Positions 18,234 to 27,099 are shown, counted from the stretch's first letter. The stretch is DNA of 33,335 nt from Candidatus Limnocylindrus sp. (GCA_040397175.1 JBBAWM010000007.1:1-33335); one strand, 5' to 3'. The notes: generated by a model from the sequence alone, not told the origin. Numbers and translations: made by a program.

Positions 18234-18565
18234 GCGATCTGCTTCTTCAAATCAAGGGACACATGATCGGTGCGGCCCATGAAATCCACTGCCGGTTTCG
18301 CACCCAACACCTGATACGTCATGGCGTTGTACACAATCTCCGATGTCGTATCCACTGCGAGGGCGGCAGCAACCGGGGGAAGGATGCACCGCCACAACTC
18401 TGTTTCCACATCGGTAAGTGCCACCACTTCCTGCACCGTCATCGGTTGCATCGCGCAACCAGACACCACAGAATCCACAGCAGACTTGATCGGGGCGTTG
18501 AAACGATCCCTGCCCGACGTGGAATAGTTTCGCACCGTCACCGTCTGGGCACCCAGCAGCATCAT
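18230..18565 (-). CDS. Head-to-tail stopper (111 aa)
   Basis: Synteny; TVTVR...DRFN.P...V.GC.MQP...YQVLG pattern. Confidence 0.8.
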   Translation of the reverse strand: MMLLGAQTVTVRNYSTSGRDRFNAPIKSAVDSVVSGCAMQPMTVQEVVALTDVETELWRCILPPVAAALAVDTTSEIVYNAMTYQVLGAKPAVDFMGRTDHVSLDLKKQIA

Positions 18566-19149
18566 CGCGGAACCGAAATCAACCTGTACTTAGACAGCGT
18601 GATCTCATCAAGGCCACCGGTCTGCAACATCGTCACAGCCCACGAAGACTCCACATCCCCGGCCTTGCGTTGCGTCATCCCAAAAGGATTTGCCAAATAT
18701 GCGCCGGCCGCTTTAATCACCGAATCCACCAACGGTTGCGGCACAGTCTGAAACCCATGCGTGTAGGTGACCCGTAAACCCTTCGGCAGCGACGGCCACG
18801 AAGGCACCGCCGCCACATAAACCCCGGGGAGACCGGACGTGTCATACAACAACCCGTCCGTAGTCCACGCATAGTTCGTAAGTTCCTGCCACGCCGTCGC
18901 CCCATTGTTGTCCCGCATATATGCCTCAACCTTGGAGATTGATTGCACAGGCGGGCTTGGGAGTTGCGCTGAGCGGCGAACGGGGAACGGATCTACCGTC
19001 ACCACATCGTTGACCACATAGCTGAAGTCCCGCTCGCAGTAAGCCTCAACAGCCGACGACGCCCACGACAAAGCCGCAGAAACGTCAGCGTCAGGCCACG
19101 CCCCTTTCAGGAACGAAGGCACCTGCGAAGCAGAGACCTGGATTGTCAC
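18562..19149 (-). CDS. Head-to-tail adaptor (195 aa)
   Basis: ASSAVEAYC.R, LPSPPV.SI and VTYTHGF..VP motifs; follows the capsid gene. Confidence 0.85.
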   Translation of the reverse strand: MTIQVSASQVPSFLKGAWPDADVSAALSWASSAVEAYCERDFSYVVNDVVTVDPFPVRRSAQLPSPPVQSISKVEAYMRDNNGATAWQELTNYAWTTDGLLYDTSGLPGVYVAAVPSWPSLPKGLRVTYTHGFQTVPQPLVDSVIKAAGAYLANPFGMTQRKAGDVESSWAVTMLQTGGLDEITLSKYRLISVPR

Positions 19150-19304
19150 TTGGTGACAACACCATCCGAGTCAGCAGCGACAACCTTCTTCGCGGCCTTC
19201 TTCACCGGCTGCACGTCGTTATCAATGTCGACGCCGCCATCATCCGCGCCCACCGTGGTGGCACGATCCAACTCGAAATCGGAAATCTTTTCCGTGTGAC
19301 CCAT
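19146..19304 (-). CDS. Small hypothetical protein after the capsid gene (52 aa)
   Basis: Hand-translated MGHTEKISDFELDRATTVGADDGGVDIDNDVQPVKKAAKKVVAADSDGVVTK; GAAAGGG RBS; GTGA overlap with the adaptor. Confidence 0.7.
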   Translation of the reverse strand: MGHTEKISDFELDRATTVGADDGGVDIDNDVQPVKKAAKKVVAADSDGVVTK

Positions 19305-19323
19305 CTGCTTACCCTTTCAAGAA

Positions 19324-19369
19324 CACTGTGTGGGGATGGGCAGGGCTGGTATGCCCATCCCCCACAGTG
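19324..19369 (-). terminator. Long hairpin directly after the capsid stop codon
   Basis: cactgtg-t-ggggatgggca pairs with tgcccatcccc-cacagtg: 18 bp, one bulge, 9-nt loop, followed by TTCTT on the minus strand. Confidence 0.7.
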
Positions 19370-19372
19370 GTG

Positions 19373-20779
19373 TTACGGCTTGTTCTGGAGAACGATCAGT
19401 TCGAACAGTTCGGGACGCTCAACCAGCAGGCCGACACGCTCTTCAGCGCGAGCGGTCCACAGGTTCTGTTCAAAGTCGTAGCCGTTGGTGTTGGCGACGT
19501 TGACCTGCAACCCGCCGAGACGCAGCACCTGACCGCCCTCTGCGAAGTCACCCACCAGGATGTAGCCCGCCGGGATAGCCGGAGTGGATACAACCCGCTT
19601 GCCCCACAACGTGATGCCCGGATCGAGAGCGTCACTGGTGACGCTCTGGGCTCCGCCGTAGTTGTAGCCGAAGAACGAACCACCCAGGTACTGGCCGGCG
19701 GAATCCTTCGACTGCCGCACCGTCAGGAAGTCCTGCGGGTTCATCACGATGGCATCCGGCTCAAAGAAGGTGAGCGTGCGGATGTCGGTGATGGCGGCGA
19801 GAATGCCTTCCGCGATCTGAACACCAGTCGGTGCGGTGCCGGCAGAACCGGTACCAACGACTGCGCGGCCCGGGGTCACCGAGGACACGGTGTTGGTGCC
19901 TGCACCCACACCGACAGTGGACGAACCGGGGATCACCAAGGAACTGACAGCGGTGACTGTCTGCGGCTTGGTGAAGCCAGTGGTTCGGTTGAGAAGACCG
20001 GACACACCGGGTGCGCCGGAACCGGCCAACAACTCAACTTCTTCCTTGCGGACGATGCCCTGAGCCAGACGGGTCTGGATCAGTGACCAGAAGTACGGTG
20101 CGTCGGCAATCAACTCGTCGGTGACGCGGGCCAAGGAAGCGATCTTGCCAACCTGCTCCGTGTACCGAGTCAGTGAGTTGGTGGAAGTCGGCTTGGTTTC
20201 GCCTTCCTTCACCGCAGCGGAGTTGTTAGTCCACGACGCCTCACGGACGTAGGTGACGACGGGGCTGCTGACCGGCATGTTCGGGAACAGTTGCGCGATC
20301 TGGTTGGGGTAGAAACGCAACTCCGTGATCCCGGGCATGAACTGCGGTTCGATGGAGGGGCCGGCCGCGCCACCCAGGAAGTAACCCGAAAGTGACGACG
20401 GTGCGGTGGTGCCGGAAACGGCATCACCCATCAGACCGGTGACGCCCTGAGCCTTGAAGCCCAGTTCGAAACCGACGGCTTCGCGTCCACGGCTGGTAGC
20501 CGCCGACTTGATGCGGTCAAATGCATCTTTGACGACGTCGCGCTGATCGGCAACCGGTGCCACGTCAGCCGGTGCCATGTCCGAAGCGGACGAAAGTCGT
20601 GCGGCACGGTCGTAGGACTTCATGGCAATTTCGATGTCGGCGTTCTTGGCTTCGATGTTGTCCATCGACTGCGAGAAATCAGCGGCGCTGATCTCTCCCT
20701 TTTCAAAAGCGGCGGACTTGGCCTTGACCTCGTTCGCCAGTTCGGTGGCCTGCTGACGCAAGCCCTCTTTGGTACTCAT
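19373..20779 (-). CDS. Major capsid protein, HK97 fold, with N-terminal delta domain (468 aa)
   Basis: GAGGAG RBS; coiled-coil N-terminus; AAVKEGETKP, KIASLARVTDELIAD, AIVMNPQDF, LWGKRVV, ILVGDF and ARAEERVGL motifs. Confidence 0.95.
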   Translation of the reverse strand: MSTKEGLRQQATELANEVKAKSAAFEKGEISAADFSQSMDNIEAKNADIEIAMKSYDRAARLSSASDMAPADVAPVADQRDVVKDAFDRIKSAATSRGREAVGFELGFKAQGVTGLMGDAVSGTTAPSSLSGYFLGGAAGPSIEPQFMPGITELRFYPNQIAQLFPNMPVSSPVVTYVREASWTNNSAAVKEGETKPTSTNSLTRYTEQVGKIASLARVTDELIADAPYFWSLIQTRLAQGIVRKEEVELLAGSGAPGVSGLLNRTTGFTKPQTVTAVSSLVIPGSSTVGVGAGTNTVSSVTPGRAVVGTGSAGTAPTGVQIAEGILAAITDIRTLTFFEPDAIVMNPQDFLTVRQSKDSAGQYLGGSFFGYNYGGAQSVTSDALDPGITLWGKRVVSTPAIPAGYILVGDFAEGGQVLRLGGLQVNVANTNGYDFEQNLWTARAEERVGLLVERPELFELIVLQNKP

Positions 20780-20794
20780 GTGTTTTGAACTCCT

Positions 20795-21703
20795 CTACAG
20801 TTCAGTGGTTTTAGTGATCAGGAATGCGAGCGAACGTGCCCGCAGCGCCGTGGGGTCTGGGGTGTCAACGGCGGCGGCGGCTTTCGCGGCGGCGGCGGTA
20901 TCTATCACAGATTCCATCGGCAATCCAGCATCGCTGGAAGTCTCTTCGGTTTCGTCTGGGTCGTAAATGCCAATTGCTTCCATCAGGTCGTCCACGGCGC
21001 AGCTTGCCGTGTACAACATGTCCAACGCTTGGGTGACCTCCGGGGGAAGCGTTGTGCGATCCACACCCACCAGTAACGCCTGGGCCTGATCCAGCACCGC
21101 ATCAATCCCGGCAATGGTCTGCGCTGGATCAACCAGTTCGTCATCCACCAACGTAGGGGCATCACCCGCATACTTGTATGCCCCACACATCGCACCCAAC
21201 ATGACGGCGGAATCGTGGATGGCCTGCTGATGCGACATCATCACGTCTTTCTTCACCGTCTTGCTAGAGAGAACCACCGCATCGGGGTTGGCCGGCACCG
21301 CGACGAACCCAGCGTTCAGCAGTTCGCGTTGCGGCTTCGCATCCTTCTGCGTCTTATCCACACGGAACGCAACCGAGACTGTTTTGATGTGGCCTTCGTT
21401 GACCAGAGTGCGGACGTTCTGCCCATGCGACGTGGAAGCGAACGTGCCACGAACCTGCAACTGACCCGCATCGTTGATGAAAGGCTTGCCCGAGCCCACC
21501 GTAGAAACCACCGACATGTCGTGATCCGAATCTATGGTGATGTGATCCGGCAGCGGCATCTTCCACTCATCCAGATACAACCGCTCACCATCACGATCCA
21601 GAGTGTCCGTGGACAGGATGACATCAAACTCACCACTGGGATGGGTTGAATCCACCACCGGGGCCACCTGGGCCTCAACGTTCTTCGTCAAAACATCCAT
21701 CAC
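20795..21703 (-). CDS. Capsid maturation protease, HK97 family, with C-terminal helical extension (302 aa)
   Basis: STDTLDRDGE, His in DSDHD, Ser in TVSVAF, FVAVPANPDA; lies between portal and capsid. Confidence 0.9.
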   Translation of the reverse strand: MMDVLTKNVEAQVAPVVDSTHPSGEFDVILSTDTLDRDGERLYLDEWKMPLPDHITIDSDHDMSVVSTVGSGKPFINDAGQLQVRGTFASTSHGQNVRTLVNEGHIKTVSVAFRVDKTQKDAKPQRELLNAGFVAVPANPDAVVLSSKTVKKDVMMSHQQAIHDSAVMLGAMCGAYKYAGDAPTLVDDELVDPAQTIAGIDAVLDQAQALLVGVDRTTLPPEVTQALDMLYTASCAVDDLMEAIGIYDPDETEETSSDAGLPMESVIDTAAAAKAAAAVDTPDPTALRARSLAFLITKTTEL

Positions 21704-23094
21704 AGTTGCCTTTCAATGATCTGTTCGCACGCCTCACGAATCGAATCCCGATCAGTGGGGTGCTTATCCAGCAGCGCAGCGGCTGCTTCCTGAATTGACT
21801 TACCGCGCCCAATCAGACCGCCGATATCCCTGACATACTTTTTCGCAGGGAATGGCACCACATTCGTGGACGGCTCAATCTGGGCTGTGGTGGGCTTCGT
21901 AGAACCTAACGGCTGGATAGCAGAGTTTGCATACAACTGATCCGCGATGGGGCCCGCATCGCAAAGATCGAAAAACGGGCGTGCTTCCGAGGGCTTGGCG
22001 ATACCTGCCTGAACTAGTGACGCCATTGCTTCGGCGCGGGCTTCAAAGTCGCCGCGTAACACTTCCGCCACCGCGAACTGTGCTTTGAGATCCCCACCGA
22101 AATCAGCGCCCACATACCAATCCAAAACAGATTCGATGAACCCGATACGTGGGGCCATTGAATCCCTGTAGACACTCCTCATCATTTCGGTCACATTGCT
22201 GTACGTGGAGTGATCGTGGATGTGAACCGCTGCCGGGGGAAGGTCATACACGGCGCACACTTCTTCGCGGTTAAGTTTCCTGCTTTCGATGTACTGCATC
22301 TCCTCTGCGGAGAGTTGCATCGAAGTAGCTTTCAAGTCGTCTTCAAGGACGATGATGCCGCCGGCATTACTTGAACCGCCAGCGACTGCACGGAACGCAT
22401 CCTGTACCCGCTGGCGTCCATCAGGGCCGAGTTTCTTTTCGGTCTGCAACACCATTGAGGGACGGCCCATGTTGCGCCACCACGACGCTGTAGCACGCCG
22501 TGCAGAGTCTTCACTCATCAACGTGGACCGCAAAGGTTCCAGCCGGGACATGCCGCGCATCGTGCCGAACGGATCAAAGCTGCGGAACGGCACAATGTCG
22601 TCCTGGTGAAACTCCTGATTCGGCTGACCCAAAAACTGGTAGCTCACGGTGCCGTCATCAATACGCCGGATCTTCACCTGGGCCGGATGCATTGGGGCAA
22701 ACCCAACAACCCGTCCGCCTTCACGGATCTTGATCAGATAGGTTTCGCCAAAAATTTCTATCGTCGCCGCCACCCACTGCCAAAAGGAATGCGAGTCCAT
22801 GTACGGGCTGGGCTTCGCAATCAACTTCGCGTACGGGCTGGTGGTGTCCATCATCTTGCCGGTAGGCGACGACATGTCCCACACCTGCAACCCGAGACGC
22901 GCAATCAAATTGCTGATTTTGTTGACAACGGTGTTAACCCACGGCTGCCGGCGATACAACTCCGCATACGTGGCAAACGTCGTTTCCAAATCCAAGCCGG
23001 TACGCGGCGTGAAATACGAGTTGTAGAACTGCGGCGAAAGTTCCGCGAACGCCTGCGGCGCTAACACCCGCTGGGTGCCGTTCGAAAGGATCAC
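21700..23094 (-). CDS. Portal protein, HK97 family (464 aa)
   Basis: GETY.IK, PMHPAQV, GMSRLE, AEEMQYIESRKLNREEVCAVYDLPP, TYSNV, LRGDFEAR and SEAR motifs. Confidence 0.95.
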   Translation of the reverse strand: MILSNGTQRVLAPQAFAELSPQFYNSYFTPRTGLDLETTFATYAELYRRQPWVNTVVNKISNLIARLGLQVWDMSSPTGKMMDTTSPYAKLIAKPSPYMDSHSFWQWVAATIEIFGETYLIKIREGGRVVGFAPMHPAQVKIRRIDDGTVSYQFLGQPNQEFHQDDIVPFRSFDPFGTMRGMSRLEPLRSTLMSEDSARRATASWWRNMGRPSMVLQTEKKLGPDGRQRVQDAFRAVAGGSSNAGGIIVLEDDLKATSMQLSAEEMQYIESRKLNREEVCAVYDLPPAAVHIHDHSTYSNVTEMMRSVYRDSMAPRIGFIESVLDWYVGADFGGDLKAQFAVAEVLRGDFEARAEAMASLVQAGIAKPSEARPFFDLCDAGPIADQLYANSAIQPLGSTKPTTAQIEPSTNVVPFPAKKYVRDIGGLIGRGKSIQEAAAALLDKHPTDRDSIREACEQIIERQL

Positions 23095-23321
23095 GCCGAC
23101 AACTCCTGAAGATAAGCAACCTGGGCGCGATCAACGAACACGCGGCCTGTGATCGGCTCTGGGGTTTCTCCGGGCTGTTTCGGAATGGTGGAGCATTGTT
23201 CAAACACCCACACTGTGGTGTCGTTATCGGTGAGGACGCCAGCGAAGCTTCCTTCGTTGCCTTTCAGCGTGACGGCGAAACGCTGCCGAAGTGCCTGCTT
23301 AATCAGTCTTTCCCGGCGCAT
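23091..23321 (-). CDS. Small Sm/LSm(Hfq)-fold-like protein between terminase and portal (76 aa)
   Basis: Start reassigned to ATG 23321 (GAGGCGGTG RBS). RFAVTLKGNEGSFAGVLTDND..WVFEQC is Sm1-like; GRVFVDRAQVAYLQ is Sm2-like. Confidence 0.65.
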   Translation of the reverse strand: MRRERLIKQALRQRFAVTLKGNEGSFAGVLTDNDTTVWVFEQCSTIPKQPGETPEPITGRVFVDRAQVAYLQELSA

Positions 23322-23410
23322 GTCACCGCCTCTCAAAATTAGTTTGGTCACCAGCGTGTCCGAAATACTGCGCGATCTCCTGCAAGCCTGGGTGGTCGGC
23401 AGTATCACTG

Positions 23411-24904
23411 TTAAATGATCAGCACGTCCGATGTGGCGTAGACGCTGACAGAGTCGTGGATCTGTTCACCCCACGCCGCCTGGAAGCACGCCACCAACGG
23501 GCTGGCGTCTATCGGTGAGTTCTTCCGGTCAATGACCCACGAATCCCCGATCACTTTTGCTCGAGCAGATTCGGCAGCCGAATCCAACACGGGCGATGGG
23601 CGGTGCATGAACTTGTGTTCCGCAATCAGATCGAAGGCGTACCCGTAGCACTTGGTGAGATCAGAGCCGCCCAACTCCACCACTTCGATGCCCGCTTCTT
23701 TCAAAGCATCAATCAGACCGGATGCTGGGGCTCCCCGGGCCTGCAACACCACCGCATCAAAACGGTCTTTGCGTTCAGTCAGCCACGGAACAATCCATTC
23801 CGTGCCGCGCTCCGCAGCCACCACTTCCACATGCAGCAGCCCGTCATCACGGCGGGACGCCACAGCCACATAGCCTTTAGTGCGGGCGAAGTTCACATCC
23901 ACCGATGCGTACACCGACGCGCCATCGGCGCGCTTCGACTCCGGGTCCGTGGTGGCAATCCAGTCGGCCACCGGAATGACTCCCGGCTCCAGGGCGTCAA
24001 CCCACTGACACAGATGCTCAGTCTTGAACCCGGCCATGTTGTCAAACATTGCTTCGGCGCGGCCGGCCAACGAATCTTCTTCAAACAGATAACCCATCGC
24101 TGGGTTCGCCACCGGCCAAAACTCACGGTCCAAAGGATCGGCGTCATCGGGCACGGACCATTCAAACAAGCCGGTGCGGGTGTCATCAGTGGCGCGGGTG
24201 ACGATGCGCTGCACGCAACCGTCACGCAACGAACGCAACACCACCGACGTGGCATCCCCGGCGTTCGACGCCGCCACCACAAGCGATCTGGGGCGTGCTG
24301 TAGTGGTAGGCACGATGGCATTCCACGCCAACCAGTTCTGGTGTTCGCGCAACTCATCCAACAAAGCGAGATCCACCGACAGTGATCGGCCACCCTTGCG
24401 AGTTGATACAGCCGCCCGCCACTCCCGGCCATCCGACAAACCCAACTTGAACTTGCCGTTCGTCTGCGAGAACCGTTCAAACTCAGCCATCAGCAGCGGA
24501 TTCTTCTTCACTTCGTCCACCGCTTCAGACAATGTGGTCTCTGCGAACTCAAGGTTCTGCGCCGAGATCAGAACTTGCTTGGCACCGTCGATGTACAGCC
24601 GCCACAAACCCAAGCCCTTAAGCCAATGAGTCTTGCCCTGCTGACGTGCAATCAGCACCACGATGGTTTGGAATCGAAAACCTATGCCATCCGCCGACTT
24701 CTCAAGGGCGTGTACGTACAGCCACTTCTGCCACGGAAGAAGCTCCCAGCCGAGAACACCTTCGATGAAGTCGATTGCTTCGAAACCCCACGACGTTTCC
24801 GGCGTCAAATCCGTCAACGCCGGGGTGAAAATGCGGGGTTCCGTGCAGCCCTTACGCGGAGGTGCGGCGAGAACGGAGCTTGGCAAGTTCATCATCACCA
24901 TCAT
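23411..24904 (-). CDS. terL: Terminase large subunit
   Basis: LLPWQ motif, Walker A IARQQGKT, Walker B LALLDELRE, SNAGD, nuclease residues ASVD and IDASPL. The exact start among several nearby Met/Val codons is uncertain. Confidence 0.95.
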   Translation of the reverse strand: MMVMMNLPSSVLAAPPRKGCTEPRIFTPALTDLTPETSWGFEAIDFIEGVLGWELLPWQKWLYVHALEKSADGIGFRFQTIVVLIARQQGKTHWLKGLGLWRLYIDGAKQVLISAQNLEFAETTLSEAVDEVKKNPLLMAEFERFSQTNGKFKLGLSDGREWRAAVSTRKGGRSLSVDLALLDELREHQNWLAWNAIVPTTTARPRSLVVAASNAGDATSVVLRSLRDGCVQRIVTRATDDTRTGLFEWSVPDDADPLDREFWPVANPAMGYLFEEDSLAGRAEAMFDNMAGFKTEHLCQWVDALEPGVIPVADWIATTDPESKRADGASVYASVDVNFARTKGYVAVASRRDDGLLHVEVVAAERGTEWIVPWLTERKDRFDAVVLQARGAPASGLIDALKEAGIEVVELGGSDLTKCYGYAFDLIAEHKFMHRPSPVLDSAAESARAKVIGDSWVIDRKNSPIDASPLVACFQAAWGEQIHDSVSVYATSDVLII

Positions 24905-25124
24905 CGGCCGGCGGCGCAGCGATCACAGCAGCCAAACCAAACAATTCGGCCTGCTGCTGCAACACCCGGCGGCAGAACTCCCCCGACTTGTGATCGCCTT
25001 CCAACGCCGAATCCCAGAAAGCGTCCAGCAAACTTTCCAGCCGCCGTTCTTGGAGTTCGACGCGGTCTTTTGGTTTGCTGTGGGGCGCAGAATTGCCGGA
25101 ATTGGGTTTTAGCAGGTCAGGCAT
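24852..25124 (-). CDS. Terminase small subunit (about 90 aa)
   Basis: Immediately upstream of and overlapping terL; helical; C-terminal DELAKLRSRR typical of actinophage TerS. Start taken at ATG 25124. Confidence 0.7.
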   Translation of the reverse strand: MPDLLKPNSGNSAPHSKPKDRVELQERRLESLLDAFWDSALEGDHKSGEFCRRVLQQQAELFGLAAVIAAPPADDGDDELAKLRSRRTSA

Positions 25125-25345
25125 GGTGTAATCCGTTGACTTGAACCGGCCCTGACGTGCGGAAACGTCGGGGGGAGAGGACTGCTCCGGCGGTGAAGGT
25201 AGGCCGGTGAGGTTGCCGTGATTGGAACCCCCCCTGCCCTGTCCGCAGCCAGCAAAAATACTTGAGGGGGTCACCAGCTTTCGCTGAGTTCACCCAGGTT
25301 GATGGTGGGCTGATCATCGTCCTGCCTTTCAGTTGTCGGGACACG
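25125..25345. other. Probable cos/packaging-initiation region (genome-end junction)
   Basis: Gap between HNH and TerS. Minus strand has GGGGGGGTTCC...CACCGCCGGAGCA...CCTCTCCCCCC, i.e. G-run and C-run flanks as at 3'-cos ends of HK97-like actinophages. Confidence 0.55.
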
Positions 25346-25648
25346 TCACCACGCCTCACTAGCGGTGCCGATGGGAATGTCAGGTAGATCAGCGCCACGG
25401 CGTTCGTTGCAAATCTTGTGTGATGGCCGGAAGTTGGCGGGGTCTTCCGCTAGGTCTGGTCGTTGCACACGGGGGATGGCGTGATCCAGGTTGAATGCGT
25501 CGGGGTGTGCTGATGGTAGGTAGTAGTCGATGGTGTTGCCGCATAGCCAGCAGGGCACACTGTTGGCTTTGCATTTGCTTCTGAATGCGGCGCGGAGTTC
25601 TTTGTAGCGGCGGGTGGATCGGCCGGCGTACTTACTGGTTGATGTCAT
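25346..25648 (-). CDS. HNH endonuclease, terminase-associated (HK97 gp74-like, 100 aa)
   Basis: CWLC...LDH...N.RPSHKICN.RRG; directly upstream of cos region and terS. Confidence 0.9.
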   Translation of the reverse strand: MTSTSKYAGRSTRRYKELRAAFRSKCKANSVPCWLCGNTIDYYLPSAHPDAFNLDHAIPRVQRPDLAEDPANFRPSHKICNERRGADLPDIPIGTASEAW

Positions 25649-25683
25649 GGCTGCTTAAGTGAGGCTTATGCGCGTCGATAACT

Positions 25684-25965
25684 TCAGTTGCCGAGGGTGA
25701 CATCTTCGCGTGTATCAAGTACCGGTAGGTCAATGCGGATTGTCCAGCCGGTCAATTCGGTGTCCACTGTGACCTTTACGCCGAAGCGTGGGTGGGATAG
25801 CCAACGCACTACAGCGGCGATGAACATGCCGACGCCTGCGGGTGGTACGCGGGTTGTCCAGTCAGATGTGGTGTTGTCGGCGCTGAGTTGCCGTAGCTCG
25901 TCGGGGATGATGTCGGGTTGTTGAGGCAACTGTCTTGGGTTGAATGCGGTCACTGGTTCGGGCAT
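25684..25965 (-). CDS. Hypothetical protein (93 aa)
   Basis: Part of ORF 25684-26052; ATG 25965 overlaps the end of the upstream gene. Confidence 0.55.
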   Translation of the reverse strand: MPEPVTAFNPRQLPQQPDIIPDELRQLSADNTTSDWTTRVPPAGVGMFIAAVVRWLSHPRFGVKVTVDTELTGWTIRIDLPVLDTREDVTLGN

Positions 25966-26303
25966 TCGACTAGGGCGAAGTGGTGGCCGGTCATCACCCT
26001 GGTGGGGTTGGCGATGTTGAGTTGCAGTACCCGGGTGTCGCAGTGATGGCAATGCACATTGGCGACAGGGCGGGCTGTTTCGGTGGTTTGGGTGGGCTGG
26101 CTTGGTTCATTGGTGACGCGGTAGCCGTTGTTCTCCAACAGGTGGATGACGGCATCTCCGATGTCGGTTGCGGCCTGCTGCACTTGGCTGCGAAGCCCTT
26201 CAGGCAATAGTTGGCTGCTGAACCCGGGGAGTTGTCGCGGGGTGCCGTCTGGGTGCGGGAGGGCTTGCAGGTTGGCGGCGATCAGTTGGGCTGGTGAACT
26301 CAT
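25950..26303 (-). CDS. Hypothetical protein with C-terminal CxxC (117 aa)
   Basis: GGAG RBS; tight operon packing; CHHC...H...C. Confidence 0.7.
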   Translation of the reverse strand: MSSPAQLIAANLQALPHPDGTPRQLPGFSSQLLPEGLRSQVQQAATDIGDAVIHLLENNGYRVTNEPSQPTQTTETARPVANVHCHHCDTRVLQLNIANPTRVMTGHHFALVECPNQ

Positions 26304-26308
26304 CGCGG

Positions 26309-26602
26309 TTACTCCGAAGGGGTGACGGGTGAGTCGGGGACGATGTCGTCCAGGGCTTGGGCGGCGGCGGTGAGTGCGGACAGGTCAACCACTTCGGCCG
26401 GCACGTTCGCGGCATCAAGTTGGGCCTGAACTTCGGCCAGCTTGGCGACGATCTCTTCGCGGACAGCCCCAAGCTTGGTTACGACGGCGTCGATTGCTTC
26501 TTGGGTGGACATGGTGAGCCTTTCAATTCGGTGGGTGATGTAGGCCAAAATCCAGAGCGTGAACCCGCAGACGAACAGGATGGCGGATTGGAGAAAGATC
26601 AT
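26309..26602 (-). CDS. Coiled-coil protein with N-terminal TM segment (97 aa; internal start at 26512 gives 67 aa)
   Basis: ATGA coupling at 26602; hydrophobic MIFLQSAILFVCGFTLWILAYI; second ATG at 26512 has a GAAAGG RBS. Confidence 0.7.
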   Translation of the reverse strand: MIFLQSAILFVCGFTLWILAYITHRIERLTMSTQEAIDAVVTKLGAVREEIVAKLAEVQAQLDAANVPAEVVDLSALTAAAQALDDIVPDSPVTPSE

Positions 26603-26784
26603 GGTGTCTCCCGCTTGATGGCAAGCAGTTCCCGGTCCACAGCGGTTGACCACAGTTTATGGTTTGGTGTGCAGTAGCCGTCGTAGGTGCGGCAGCGGCA
26701 GTCGGGGTGGTGTTTGCCTTTACGGGCGTAGGCCAGTGCCAGCACCACACGGTCTTCCGGTTTGGACAGTTCAGTGGCGGTCAT
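26599..26784 (-). CDS. Hypothetical Cys/His-containing protein (61 aa), first gene after the late leader
   Basis: MTATELSKPEDRVV...HHPDCRCRTYDGYC; AAGG RBS; coupled to the next gene. Confidence 0.6.
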   Translation of the reverse strand: MTATELSKPEDRVVLALAYARKGKHHPDCRCRTYDGYCTPNHKLWSTAVDRELLAIKRETP

Positions 26785-26805
26785 GGGGATTTGCCTTAGA
26801 AGCAG

Positions 26806-26834
26806 AAAACCCCGGTACCAAGGCAACGGGGTTT
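26806..26834 (-). terminator. Intrinsic terminator in the late leader
   Basis: Minus strand AAACCCCG-12 nt-CGGGGTTT followed by TCTGCTTCT. Confidence 0.65.
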
Positions 26835-26857
26835 GGGCACACTTATGGCGCGTTACA

Positions 26858-26887
26858 AATGTACCACGCAAATTACAGGGTTGTCAT
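26858..26887 (-). promoter_or_regulatory. Putative SigA-type late promoter
   Basis: ATGACA (26887-26882), 18-nt spacer ending in TGG, TACATT (26863-26858): extended -10 in an intergenic gap ahead of the virion operon. Confidence 0.6.
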
Positions 26888-26895
26888 TCACCCTG

Positions 26896-27099
26896 TCACG
26901 GAATGTGTCTGACGCGGCTTTCGGGGACGCAGATCGTTGATTGTGGGTCTAGGCGTGGCCCGATGTTGCCCCAGTCGTGGGTGCCGTCGATGGCGGCGAT
27001 AGCCATGACCCAGCCGTTGGATTGCCGGATCACTTCCCCGGGCACGTCTTCGACGCCCTTGAAATCGATCAGAACATTGTCGCCGGGTTGGAACTTCAC
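26896..27099 (-). CDS. Hypothetical protein, SH3/KOW-like (67 aa)
   Basis: FQPGDNVLIDF.G...PGEV pattern; GTGA overlap. Confidence 0.7.
   Translation of the reverse strand: MKFQPGDNVLIDFKGVEDVPGEVIRQSNGWVMAIAAIDGTHDWGNIGPRLDPQSTICVPESRVRHIP

Noticed and set aside
25117-25398. 93-aa ORF and the 140-aa extended TerS spanning the cos region
   Set aside because: They cross the G/C-run region expected to be non-coding genome ends and have no recognisable features.
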